A DNA stretch of 36,685 nt, from positions 1-36,685 of IMG/VR virus record IMGVR_UViG_3300025112_000068; one strand, written 5' to 3'. Within the stretch, counting starts at the first letter, position 1; each line of letters starts with the position of its first letter. This stretch comes from a virus (lineage: Duplodnaviria > Caudoviricetes). Both the position numbers and the translations under genes were made by a program. Below the pieces are notes generated by a model. The model was not told the DNA's origin, searched no databases, and was given only the letters and a program-made list of their open reading frames with translations. Positions 9,001 to 18,400 of the stretch are shown here, one piece after another.

Positions 9001-11742
9001 ATAGCGAGGGCTTTGGCTTATCCAGTCGAACAGCCTTCTTTAGCTCCTGCTGAACCGCCTCCTTATACCCAGACGGAGCTTTGGCAAAAATTGATAGCTA
9101 ATCCAAGTTATGGTGCTACTGAATATTTACGACCTCGTGCGGACAGAGATCGCTATCGAGGCCTTATCAAGGAGATGACCTATCGTTTCGGTGGCTTGGG
9201 TCGGTACCAAGAATATATAGAACTTTCTTGGAACGCAGGAGGAGCACGGGTCGAAATAGGGAAAACAGGAAGGACTTCGGACAGAAAACGCCGAGAATCT
9301 GAAAAAGTAATAGCGCAATCTCGTGCAGCCGAAACAAATGCCCCGAACCTAGAAGACGACTACACTATAAAAAGATTTTATCCTCTTAACTTTCACTCAA
9401 TGAATACCCCTTACGCCGCTAGACAATTAAACAGAGAGTGGACAACAGGAAGAGCAGCAGTACAAAACAGACTTAGACAGCTTCAGCACTCTTTAACTAG
9501 TTTAGCATATGGACCAAATGTTGGAAACTGGGATAGCACAAACAGAGCCCGAGCCATCGAGCAAGGACTCAGTGAAGACAACTGGGATTTTATTGGGATA
9601 TTAGCCAATAATTCAGAGCACATAAATTATAATGTAAGGGGTGTTTATCTTTTACAAGACCATGCAGATGAAGAGATCCGCACCAATGCCAGCAAAAAAC
9701 TAAACAAATTTATAAAAACGATTGTCCAAGCCCCATTCCAGCCAAACGGTGATCCTTGTTATGAAACCGAAGAAGAGTTTCGAGCCCGTGCTATGGCCGA
9801 ATCAATTCAATCTTACTTAATAAACTTTTTCTTAAACATAGTTCCTTTATTCCGAGTGTATAATGGGTGGCAAACCCCGGATACATTAAACCTTATGGCT
9901 GCTTATGTATTTTCCACCATTAAAACAGAATCATTAAAGGATGGGGTTTTCCCGCTATACATGAAAGAGATGGGAACATTCACGGATGTTTATTCTAAAG
10001 AGGCCGAAGAAGCAAGAGGATTTACAGATATAAATCTAAAAAAGATCGATGACCCTCAAAGACAATTAGAATATTATATTAGACAGTGCATATCGGAAAT
10101 GCTTAAAAGGGTAGGCTCTACTTCAAACCTTTTTGAGACTCCTTGGCTAAGGAACAAATATCAAAAGCTATCTGACTTCTTTAAGCGTGGTATTCTTGCA
10201 ACCGGCGACCTCGGCACCCTCGCCTTGGCACAGGAGCGCCAAACTCTTGAGTCTGAGATAAGTCGCTTGGAGCGTGCCATCGATGCCGATGAGGATGCGG
10301 ATACCCTGAACGATCTTGGGATCGCCCGTCTTGAGGCGAACCGAGAACTTTTACCTTTAAAGCAAGCCAGGTTAGAAGAGGTACGCCAGTTACTAGAGGG
10401 ACAGGAAATGGCGACGGTATTTATTGATAACTCACAAAACAGCCTAAACAGTCTTCCTGGCACCTTTATAAGTCAAACAACAAATGCTACATTCGCCAAG
10501 CGTGATTTCCTGGCGTTTGTTCCTCTTCCTTATATACTAGCATCTTATGCCATATATTTCGATAGAATAGTAAATGTAAATTCTAAGACCATTAACTCCA
10601 AATTTTATGCCTATAGGCGAATCGCCGCAGCTAATGACGCATTTATTAATGCAGTCATTCCAAATCAGCTTGGACAAAGTCTTAAATACTTCGATCCATT
10701 CCCGGCGGTTGTTGCTGGTATCGAATATTATACTTTCGATCAAATGAGGGCAGACAAAAAATTGATAGATGGCATGATGGATAAACTTGAGGCGGTCGAA
10801 GCGGCCCGTGAAGTGATTGCAACAAATCTTAATAACGCTAATAATTTCTTACTAACAGCAGAGAATGCCGATCATGCAGACGAAGTATTGGATAGTATCA
10901 GGTGGCCATATACCAAACAACAAGAAGTGTTAGCCAGGTATACCATCCCAGGAGGAGTTACCCACTTTGGTGCCCTTTATCAAGCCGAACAAGTCGATAA
11001 AGGGCACTACGATCTGTCAGACACCGACGACCCAGGATACTGGTTTCACTCACTGCTTACTGCCCAGAGAGACGAACAAGAATTTCCATGGGGAGATAAT
11101 TTAGGACAGGATCAAGCCCTCAAAACGCCATTTAGCAAGCAAAAGTCAACGAGGATGACAAGGTCCGAAACTCCTGGCTATTGGGTGGGGATCGAACACA
11201 TACAAGAAGGTTATTGGCAAAGTGCTTATGGTTCTGCGTGGCTCGACGCCCTCAGTATCCTTTTCCCAGGGATCAATCTGCTGGACGATGAGGCTGCCCC
11301 GACAAGAACCTTAATCGCAAATGCCCGAAATGAGCTAGTTAAAAATATTCGGGGGGGACTCAACCATGATCAAATTACCGATACAAATAAGAATATGACT
11401 TGGGAAGCTTATTTTAATCTTCATCCCGGTGTAGGAGAATACCCTGGCGGCGGTGAGAGCACACCGTTTGCAGACCTGAGAAGAGCTTTATATGAATTCA
11501 GTGTCTTTTATATTACCGAAGGAAGAGATCTCGACGTCGATGAGCGTGGTTTTGCTACAGAGAAAGATAAAAACACATTCCCAGAAGGAGTTCGTCGTCG
11601 CAAAGATGAAATGGACAGACTTCACCTGGGCCGCATATATAATTCGGACGGCACATTAACCGTGAGTCAGCTTAATGGTCTTAGCACGACATTGGAGGCT
11701 TTCCTTAGTGCGAATGATCTTGGTAACTGGGAGGATACTTAA
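6022..11742 (+). CDS. very large hypothetical protein (1906 aa), probable virion/baseplate-associated
   Basis: Long ORF with AGGAGG RBS, between the spike-like and gp25-like genes. Largely helical in the middle; no recognised domain. Confidence 0.75.
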   Translation: MIPVSFVAPPILERQKNIVNPSPERFTTNERWGLNYSYNQSRNKFVQQAIHHLYINYSMFPPIGANLTPVGPVLEDEKTITLTDARAYAAAYPQNAYVAKDPTQPSGTFEIRKTSDYEAWVELDVISRIPLVTPLLTITTEESQKPEFQTGLTDPDVPPGPTAVAQLPSFNLPLPSPRIRDIETSLRSVMGSSNVSPIQRPEELEDILVFKQPRDVDFSDWTQNVTAEKPAAVLYNNPTDEHFYYVERISEKNPSTYDIGTESGQAALEAFKTKAITEIAKFTHKDDFSLSAEDIGSVVVDSTYGPPDRPNPPPNSTTWRLVGRVSDKTVKDLASNSSAGRNIPHVSAAFKEFSEWAEITRKTSVQMGTLKNTLKRTEKALVRYSETLSEEGVTPSMLGGLNIERESVKVSSFFSVFDDFLAANNIDPKPADLVEFSFTEDFRLRCIIYNGDIKLKGLGVSLSQQGDVPSVIYSPSESTLNDVSPTTFGYIFYSRDIIDAVENSKDPMPWSEFVPKFTFPNPCVKPTEIQNRIAENKKKKKDPSYKEKLFNTESDIQKSALARLGITEKDLYNSVTSALGECDTAQAGLFKDAMLVYSTIYGKTSPKKLAMRAATVLRDELLGRQLVSKEFAADAEQAAIYAARPDVLLRDVETEVNQMLYCLFGALGEAVTDQILKPMGKSPTVRNLVRDMSRPPKPPLKLKKGHTTDFFKAWRKQVQKLLIQFIKQLILSIFKDMLKAALGCGPEDDDESSTKKLRSSYGVIQINDLVDRKGGIDLVKLATENGILDRKRKRGSNSLITYPPSKEKIRQFNKDTSDILMSQETVALLDGQSTVRTRAIIEAVVYGTNEDKENAPFTALQRENSLTAEDPKYATLTINKESMAGYFAALGLLLGRWPHEMLEDLSASDEYCDDEYYRPISDFGGVSNAQAQAQIQQQIDAILAKTDQICGILSFDFNFGLDMKKFEGLLDPPQFYTDMLKAIAAASNAARDAIARALAYPVEQPSLAPAEPPPYTQTELWQKLIANPSYGATEYLRPRADRDRYRGLIKEMTYRFGGLGRYQEYIELSWNAGGARVEIGKTGRTSDRKRRESEKVIAQSRAAETNAPNLEDDYTIKRFYPLNFHSMNTPYAARQLNREWTTGRAAVQNRLRQLQHSLTSLAYGPNVGNWDSTNRARAIEQGLSEDNWDFIGILANNSEHINYNVRGVYLLQDHADEEIRTNASKKLNKFIKTIVQAPFQPNGDPCYETEEEFRARAMAESIQSYLINFFLNIVPLFRVYNGWQTPDTLNLMAAYVFSTIKTESLKDGVFPLYMKEMGTFTDVYSKEAEEARGFTDINLKKIDDPQRQLEYYIRQCISEMLKRVGSTSNLFETPWLRNKYQKLSDFFKRGILATGDLGTLALAQERQTLESEISRLERAIDADEDADTLNDLGIARLEANRELLPLKQARLEEVRQLLEGQEMATVFIDNSQNSLNSLPGTFISQTTNATFAKRDFLAFVPLPYILASYAIYFDRIVNVNSKTINSKFYAYRRIAAANDAFINAVIPNQLGQSLKYFDPFPAVVAGIEYYTFDQMRADKKLIDGMMDKLEAVEAAREVIATNLNNANNFLLTAENADHADEVLDSIRWPYTKQQEVLARYTIPGGVTHFGALYQAEQVDKGHYDLSDTDDPGYWFHSLLTAQRDEQEFPWGDNLGQDQALKTPFSKQKSTRMTRSETPGYWVGIEHIQEGYWQSAYGSAWLDALSILFPGINLLDDEAAPTRTLIANARNELVKNIRGGLNHDQITDTNKNMTWEAYFNLHPGVGEYPGGGESTPFADLRRALYEFSVFYITEGRDLDVDERGFATEKDKNTFPEGVRRRKDEMDRLHLGRIYNSDGTLTVSQLNGLSTTLEAFLSANDLGNWEDT

Positions 11743-11743
11743 A

Positions 11744-12145
11744 ATGTCAAAAATGGAAGGAATATCAGTTAAATTACCCCTGGTTTATAGTAAACAGGAT
11801 GGGCCTTACGCTCTAAACAAAACTTTAGAAGACGCATTGAAACAAAATTTTAAAAATCTTCTTTTAACATCACCAGGCGAAAGAGTGATGTTACCAGACT
11901 TTGGGGTTGGGATGAGGAGATTTCTTTTCGAGGGCAGCGATGGGAATTCTTTTTCAAAGGTTACAACAGAAATACAGAGGCAAGTTGACAAATATCTGCC
12001 CTTTATAGATGTGGAAGAAGTTCGGTTTGTAACCCACGAAACAAACCCAGAGTTGTCCCTAAATGAGGTTCGAGTTACTATACAATATAACATTGGCTCA
12101 ATCGTTGGTTCTAATACATTACAAATATCTCAAGTAAACGACTAA
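11744..12145 (+). CDS. baseplate wedge protein, gp25/GPW-like
   Basis: QNFKNLLLTSPGERVMLPDFGVGMRRFLFE...IQRQVDKYLPFIDVEEV is the gp25/GPW signature. The start is moved to the ATG at 11744, which follows GGAGG. Confidence 0.9.
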   Translation: MSKMEGISVKLPLVYSKQDGPYALNKTLEDALKQNFKNLLLTSPGERVMLPDFGVGMRRFLFEGSDGNSFSKVTTEIQRQVDKYLPFIDVEEVRFVTHETNPELSLNEVRVTIQYNIGSIVGSNTLQISQVND

Positions 12146-12151
12146 TTAATG
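12142..12151 (+). promoter_or_regulatory. putative late promoter element CTAATTAATG
   Basis: Overlaps the gp25 stop, upstream of ATG 12175. Resembles the 3256, 26930 and 35874 motifs. Confidence 0.3.
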
Positions 12152-12174
12152 AAGTCAACTAAAGAGGGTTAAAA

Positions 12175-13968
12175 ATGGCCAAAAAACCGATCTCTTATAC
12201 AAGTAGAGATTTTGAAAGCATCAAGGCATCTTTGATAAACTATGCAAAAAGATACTACTCGTCTACATATCAAGATTTTAATGAGGCATCTTTCGGGGCT
12301 TTAATGCTCGATTTGGTCTCCTATGTTGGCGATCAATTGTCGTTCTATGTGGACTATCAGGCGAATGAAAGTTTTTTGGAGACTGCCCTAGAATATGGAA
12401 ATGTTGTGTCGCTAGCTAAACAGCTTGGGTACAGACCTGAAGGCGCTTCCACTTCTACCGGGACATGTTCTTTCTATATTATGGTGCCCGCTTCCACAAC
12501 TACCTCGGGGCCTGACACTGCATATATACCAATGTTAGCGGCTGGGGCAATATTGTCTGCTGCGGGCGGGGCAACATTCACCTTGACAGAAAGTGTCGAT
12601 TTTACAGATCAGAATAATGAAGTCACTGTGGCAAGAGTTAACCCAGATACCGGTGTACCAACATGGTTTGCAATTAAAGCATATGGATCTGTTTCCTCTG
12701 GAGAAGAGGGACTGATAAATATCACAGTTAGAGATTATAGAAGATTTTTAAAGCTCAAGATCAATGTTGATAACATATCCGAAATTATTTCCGTAGTGGA
12801 TTCACAGGGAAATGATTATTATGAAGTCGGTCACTTATCTCAAGACGTCGTATTAGTCCCAACGATAAATACTGGATCAGACAGAGATACCGTGGGGAGT
12901 ATCATGAAACTGCGCCCCGTCCCCAGGAGATATGTTGTCGAATTTGATGAAGTTGGAGACGCATTTTTACAATTTGGTTATGGGTCTGATGATAATTTAA
13001 CCGGCGACACCATCGTAGATCCAGCCGACGTTGTTCTGAAGACCACGGGGAGAAATTATGTTTCCGACACAACTTTTGATCCTACCAATCTTATAAAAAG
13101 TGATAAATTTGGAGTTGTTCCTACAAATACTGTTTTAACAATTACTTACCGCTCTAATAGTATAGAGACGGTTAATGCTCCGGTCGGGGCAATCACCGAA
13201 GTCGCCGCATCAAACATTCTGTTTAGGGATGAAAGCTCTTTGGCTGGCGACACGGCTCAGACTATCATCGGCTCGCTGGAAGTAGAAAACGAAGATCCTA
13301 TTTTGGGGGATACCGAATCTCTGGAAACAGATGAAATAAAACAGAGAGCCTATGGAAGTTTTTCTTCTCAAAATAGGGCGGTGACAAGGGGCGACTATAT
13401 TAATTTGTCATACCGAATGCCGAGAAAGTTTGGCTCTATCAAGAGGGTGAACATAGTAAGGGATACTCGATCTGCTAGCAGAAATTTAAATATGTATGTC
13501 CTATCTTCTGATGTGGACGGAAGCTTGGCCAAATCAAGCGCAACATTAAAAACAAATTTAAAAATTTGGCTGGACCAACATCGAATGATGAGTGATACGA
13601 TTGATATTCTTGACGGAAAAATTATAAATTACGGAATAAATTTTGAAGTTATCGCTGACGTCGATGCAAACAGATATTCGGTTTTACAAGAATGTGTAGA
13701 AAAGTTAAAAGACAAATTCTTGAATGTTAAAAACGAGTTTGGAGAGCCTGTGTATATCACAGATATTTACAAGCACTTAAACGATGTGCCAGGAGTAATA
13801 GACACCGTAAAGGTTGAATTAATAAACAAGCGTGGGGGCGTATATAGTTCTCTTCATTATAGGGTCAACGATAACCTCTCAAGAGATGGCAGATATCTTA
13901 ATATTCCAGAAGACGCTGTAGCAGAACTCTTACTACCCGATCAGGATATTTTAGGGGTAATTAAATAA
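12175..13968 (+). CDS. baseplate wedge subunit (T4 gp6 / baseplate J-like)
   Basis: YTSRDFESIKASLINY, DFNEASFG..LDLVSYVGDQLSFYVD.QANESFL.TA, LAKQLGY, LQFG, and ETDEIKQRA...QNRAVTRGDY. Confidence 0.9.
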   Translation: MAKKPISYTSRDFESIKASLINYAKRYYSSTYQDFNEASFGALMLDLVSYVGDQLSFYVDYQANESFLETALEYGNVVSLAKQLGYRPEGASTSTGTCSFYIMVPASTTTSGPDTAYIPMLAAGAILSAAGGATFTLTESVDFTDQNNEVTVARVNPDTGVPTWFAIKAYGSVSSGEEGLINITVRDYRRFLKLKINVDNISEIISVVDSQGNDYYEVGHLSQDVVLVPTINTGSDRDTVGSIMKLRPVPRRYVVEFDEVGDAFLQFGYGSDDNLTGDTIVDPADVVLKTTGRNYVSDTTFDPTNLIKSDKFGVVPTNTVLTITYRSNSIETVNAPVGAITEVAASNILFRDESSLAGDTAQTIIGSLEVENEDPILGDTESLETDEIKQRAYGSFSSQNRAVTRGDYINLSYRMPRKFGSIKRVNIVRDTRSASRNLNMYVLSSDVDGSLAKSSATLKTNLKIWLDQHRMMSDTIDILDGKIINYGINFEVIADVDANRYSVLQECVEKLKDKFLNVKNEFGEPVYITDIYKHLNDVPGVIDTVKVELINKRGGVYSSLHYRVNDNLSRDGRYLNIPEDAVAELLLPDQDILGVIK

Positions 13969-15437
13969 TGGCAATAAAAAGATATTTCGCTACAAAAGAT
14001 AACACAATAACTAATGCGTTTAAGTCTGACCTCTTAACTCGGGCGACCGGGTCTAACATGGGGGCATCTGATATTTTAGAGGCGTTTGTTATTCATGGAC
14101 AAACGTCTGCCTCTATTAATGCAACAAACGCAGAGCAGTCGAGAATCTTAGTACAATTCCCTGTAGATGATATGTTATCAGATATTTCTGATGGCACTGT
14201 CCCATCTTCTAGTGTGGAATACCGTCTTAGGATGTTCAATGCTCCTCATGCCGATAGTACACCATTGGGCTATAATTTAGAAGTCACTCTTGTAAACAAA
14301 GACTGGGACGAGGGTACCGGACTTGATATGGAATCCTATAAGGATCTCGGAGTTTCAAACTGGGTTAATGCCTCCGCTTCATCGACTTGGACCTGGGCCG
14401 GCGGTGATTACCTTACGGCGGCGGCATATTCTGCTAATTTTTATTTTTCTGGTGGGCTGGAAGATATTGATTTAGATGTGAACTATGCTTTAAATCGTTG
14501 GAGAACCGACAGTAACCATAATCACGGACTTATTTTGAAGCATACCAACGCCGTAATATCCGGAACTAAGGGGACATTCTTTACAAAGAAATTTTTCGGG
14601 CGTAATAGTGAGTTTTATTTTAAAAAGCCGTATATTGAAGCTAGGTGGGACTCTGGAAGAAAAGATCACCGGGCAAACTTTTTGATTAGTAGTTCGCTAG
14701 CGACTCCCTCGGACAATTTGAACACTCTGTATCTTTATAATAATATCAGGGGTCAGCTTAAACTTCTTCCGAACGTATTACATAACAGGCTTCTTGTCAA
14801 GTTATATTCTGGAAGTCTTGGCGCTCCGACAGGACATTCTTTACATCTTATAGATTCGGCAGGTGCTGCTGTTCGAGAAGTGACCGCATCATTGTTGGTC
14901 GAAAATGGCGTCGATATAACTGGTACATATACTTGCTCCTTTGCCAGTACTTCTTCTTTGGATGTTATATATGATGTATGGTACTCGGGATCTGTGCAAT
15001 ACTTTACGGGCTCATATGAACCTCAAAGCTTACAGGCCCAGGCACTAATATATGAGGACGAATATATAACAGATATCACAAACTTAAGGAGTTCATACAT
15101 AAAGGGACAAAAGCCACGTCTTAGGGTATTCTCCCGAAAGAAAAATTGGCAACCGAACATCTACAACGTTGCAACCTCGGTGATCGACCCAGAAACAATC
15201 GAAGATTCTTATTATAGAGTGTTTAGAACCGTAGATAACATGGAAATAATCCCCTTCGGAACAGGAAGCTACTCTCATACTAGAATGTCTTACGACATAA
15301 GCGGAAGCTACTTTCAGTTGGACACTTCCTACCTTGAACCTGGGTATTCTTATGGGATTCAATTTTGTTATTACTTGCAAGGACAGTACAGAGAACAGCC
15401 AGAAGTTTTTAAGTTCAGAATTGATGAGAGCAATTAA
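13968..15437 (+). CDS. virion structural protein with DNRLRE-like N-terminal domain
   Basis: ATKDNTI...NMG...SRILVQF...LRMFNA...DWDEGTG...SNW...W..AGGD pattern. TAATG coupling to the gp6-like gene. Rich in SGS/TGS. Confidence 0.55.
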   Translation: MAIKRYFATKDNTITNAFKSDLLTRATGSNMGASDILEAFVIHGQTSASINATNAEQSRILVQFPVDDMLSDISDGTVPSSSVEYRLRMFNAPHADSTPLGYNLEVTLVNKDWDEGTGLDMESYKDLGVSNWVNASASSTWTWAGGDYLTAAAYSANFYFSGGLEDIDLDVNYALNRWRTDSNHNHGLILKHTNAVISGTKGTFFTKKFFGRNSEFYFKKPYIEARWDSGRKDHRANFLISSSLATPSDNLNTLYLYNNIRGQLKLLPNVLHNRLLVKLYSGSLGAPTGHSLHLIDSAGAAVREVTASLLVENGVDITGTYTCSFASTSSLDVIYDVWYSGSVQYFTGSYEPQSLQAQALIYEDEYITDITNLRSSYIKGQKPRLRVFSRKKNWQPNIYNVATSVIDPETIEDSYYRVFRTVDNMEIIPFGTGSYSHTRMSYDISGSYFQLDTSYLEPGYSYGIQFCYYLQGQYREQPEVFKFRIDESN

Positions 15438-15439
15438 AC

Positions 15440-18400
15440 ATGAGCGTTAAAAAGTTATTCAAAAGAACAAAGCAAGCAAGTTCTATTGGAAAATACTTAA
15501 AAAAGTCATCCTTAGTCGATGTTAGATCGGCCATCGAATCTTCTGAGCAATTAGCTGCCAGCATTAATAAACAAGAAGATTATCTTCCTGCTGTCGATTA
15601 CGCAGACCCAGGGGAATTTGCCAAATTTGGATCTGCTGAAAAATATTATGATAATGCATTTTCCCACGTTTTAAACAATTATCCATATGATGGTTCAAAA
15701 CTAGAGAAAGTAGAATTTTACAATAACATGAACCCCGTAGAGAAGTGGGTTTTTGAAAACAAATATCCTACTTCCACGGGATTTGTCGTTCTTGGAAACA
15801 CATACGGCTCAGTAACTTCTGGCTCTTCTGGATATTTCTCTTCTTCTAAGGAATATATTGAGATCCTGGGCGGTCCACATGCAACAACTGTTTATTCAAC
15901 TGGCTCAAACAGGACCAACAATTTAGAATTTGGTGGCATAAGCGGATCAACGGTGGAGTTTTTCTATAAAAAAGCTCTGAGTATTCCCGGCGAAGCAGCC
16001 CAATCTGATAAGCAAGTAATTTTCGACGTCCATAATGGGTATGCCTCCGGATCATCCGGATACGGAAGATTGAGGATAGAGATATTTTCCGGCTCGGAGG
16101 ATAGATTTAAGGTCACCATGATGAGTGGTACAACAGGATTTGTAACTCAGTCGGTGCCAACAACAGGCAACTTAAGCACAACAAGTGATATTTGGAACTT
16201 TTATTCATTTGTGTTTAATACTAGCGGGTCAATCCCCTCAATTGATTTTTATGTAGATGGCACCTGCGAGGAGACAAACATAACAGGATCTGGTCGTCAT
16301 GCCGGAAGAGTTGACCTCGTTACGGGCTCCCTGGTGGGCACAATCGGCGCTTTGGTGGCTGCCCCTTCTGGATCTTCTCCGCATGCATCAAGAACAGTTT
16401 ATAAAGGATATGGAAAGCTCTCGGCCTCTTTGGACGAATTTAGGTTTTGGAAAAAAGCCCGCAACGCCGAAGAGGTTGGAAGACATTGGCTAGCTCCTGT
16501 TCATGGCGGAGCAGATAAATATTTAGCCAATGTAGATTTGGGAGTTTACTATAAATTTAACGAAGGCACAACTAGTGTTGATGCCACTGATAAAATAGTT
16601 TTAGATTACTCTGGAAGAATAACCAACGGAACTTGGAGAGGGTATGAAACTTCGGGTATTAGACGAACTGGTTCTGCCCTCGATGAAAGACAAATTAATA
16701 ACGTTTCTGAAATTGCAGATCCAATTGTACGATCTCCAAATTCAAATTTAGCGACTATTCAAAAAGGTTTAGCTGACTTAGGTCGTGAATACGATTATTC
16801 TAACACTGCTCACCTTATCAATTCGATACCTGCTTGGATAACAGAAGAAGACGAAAATTCGACACAAGAATTAAGAAGCATAACTCAAATAGTCGCAAAT
16901 TATTTCGACACTCTTCATCTCCAAATATCGCAACTGTCTAAAATAAAAAATCTAGGATATATCAGCGGTAGCGCAACAGGGAGCATTGAGGAGTTTCCCC
17001 ACAACGATAGGCTTGTTAACAATTATGGATTAGAGATTTCTGACCTATTTGAAAAGGCAGGTATTTTAGAAAACTACTTTAAAAGAGATGAGCAAATTAA
17101 CTTTGAGCAGGACATTGTTTCTGTTAAAAATACAATATATCGAAATCTCTACAACAATTTAAACCATATTTTAAAATCAAAGGGAAATGAAAAATCTATA
17201 AGAAACACAATTAGGTGTTTTGGCATAGATGAGGGAATTGTTTCTCTAAACACATACGGCGTTGACTCTTCATATAAATTGCTAACCCAATATAAGCCTG
17301 CGATAAGTTCAAAAAAATATGTAGATTTCACGGGACTATTAAACCAGGGCGATATTACGGGGTCCGTATATCAATATTATAATTCTGATGTTTCTGGTGC
17401 CTGGGGAACAATTTACGGAGACAGCGGCAGCGCAACCTTACAAGAATTTGGTTTTACAACCGAGTGCGAAGTAATTTTCCCTTCCTTGCAAAATACCTTA
17501 AATTTAGGACATGATTACTTACCTGTTGTAACCTCTTCTTTGTTCGGTTTCCATACTCCGGAAACTGGATCTAGAGGGATACAATTTAACACAGACACCA
17601 CGGTCACCGGAACGGCCCAAGATGATCCAACGTCAGCAGCACAGGATTGGGGGCTCCAAGTTCGTGCGATTAAATCACCGGCTCCTTTTTCTGAAGTATT
17701 TTCTCCCATAGAAAAAGTAAAAGATGCTTATTTCGTCGTGCAGGATCGAGATGGCACAATCATGGCATCTTCCAGTATTTTTCAAAACGTATATGATAAT
17801 CAAAAATGGAATTTTGCCTTAAGTGTTACCCCTACAAAATATCAACTTGCGACAGGAATCCTGGGCTCCTATATTGATATTAGTGATGGTTACGAACTTT
17901 CTTTCTATGGCGTAAATTATGATACTGGCGTCAAAAGGAATGCCTTCCAGACAATTTTATCTTTAGATTATGCCATTGGGTCAAATATCGTTACTTCGGC
18001 AAAAAGATTATTTGTCGGCGCTCATAAAACTAATTTCACAGGATCTGTAAAAGCATTTTCGGATGTCAAGGCAAGCAGTTTAAGATATTGGTCGGACCTG
18101 TTGCCAACGGGCACTGTTGATCTCCACGCTAGAGAAGTCGATACACATGGCCGCCAAAACCCCACAAGAGATGCTTATGAATTCCAGTCAAGGAATCCAG
18201 GCATGTACATTCCTCGGATTGAAACTCTGGCACTGGATTGGGACTTCGCAGATGTTACCGGAAGTAATGCAAGTGGACAATTTAATGTTTTGGATTATTC
18301 CTCGGGCTTATCAGAAGAAAACAAAGCCAGTGCAACAATCACCATTACAGATTATACCGAATTGAATGCTGGAGATAAAGTAAATTTAATTGCCACAGAC

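Noticed and set aside
3578-13968. Cellular extracellular contractile injection system or T6SS
   Set aside because: There are no Afp/PVC-type tube, sheath or ATPase genes and no T6SS membrane complex in the window. The gp55-like sigma and T4-style gp6 favour a phage, although capsid genes are not visible here.
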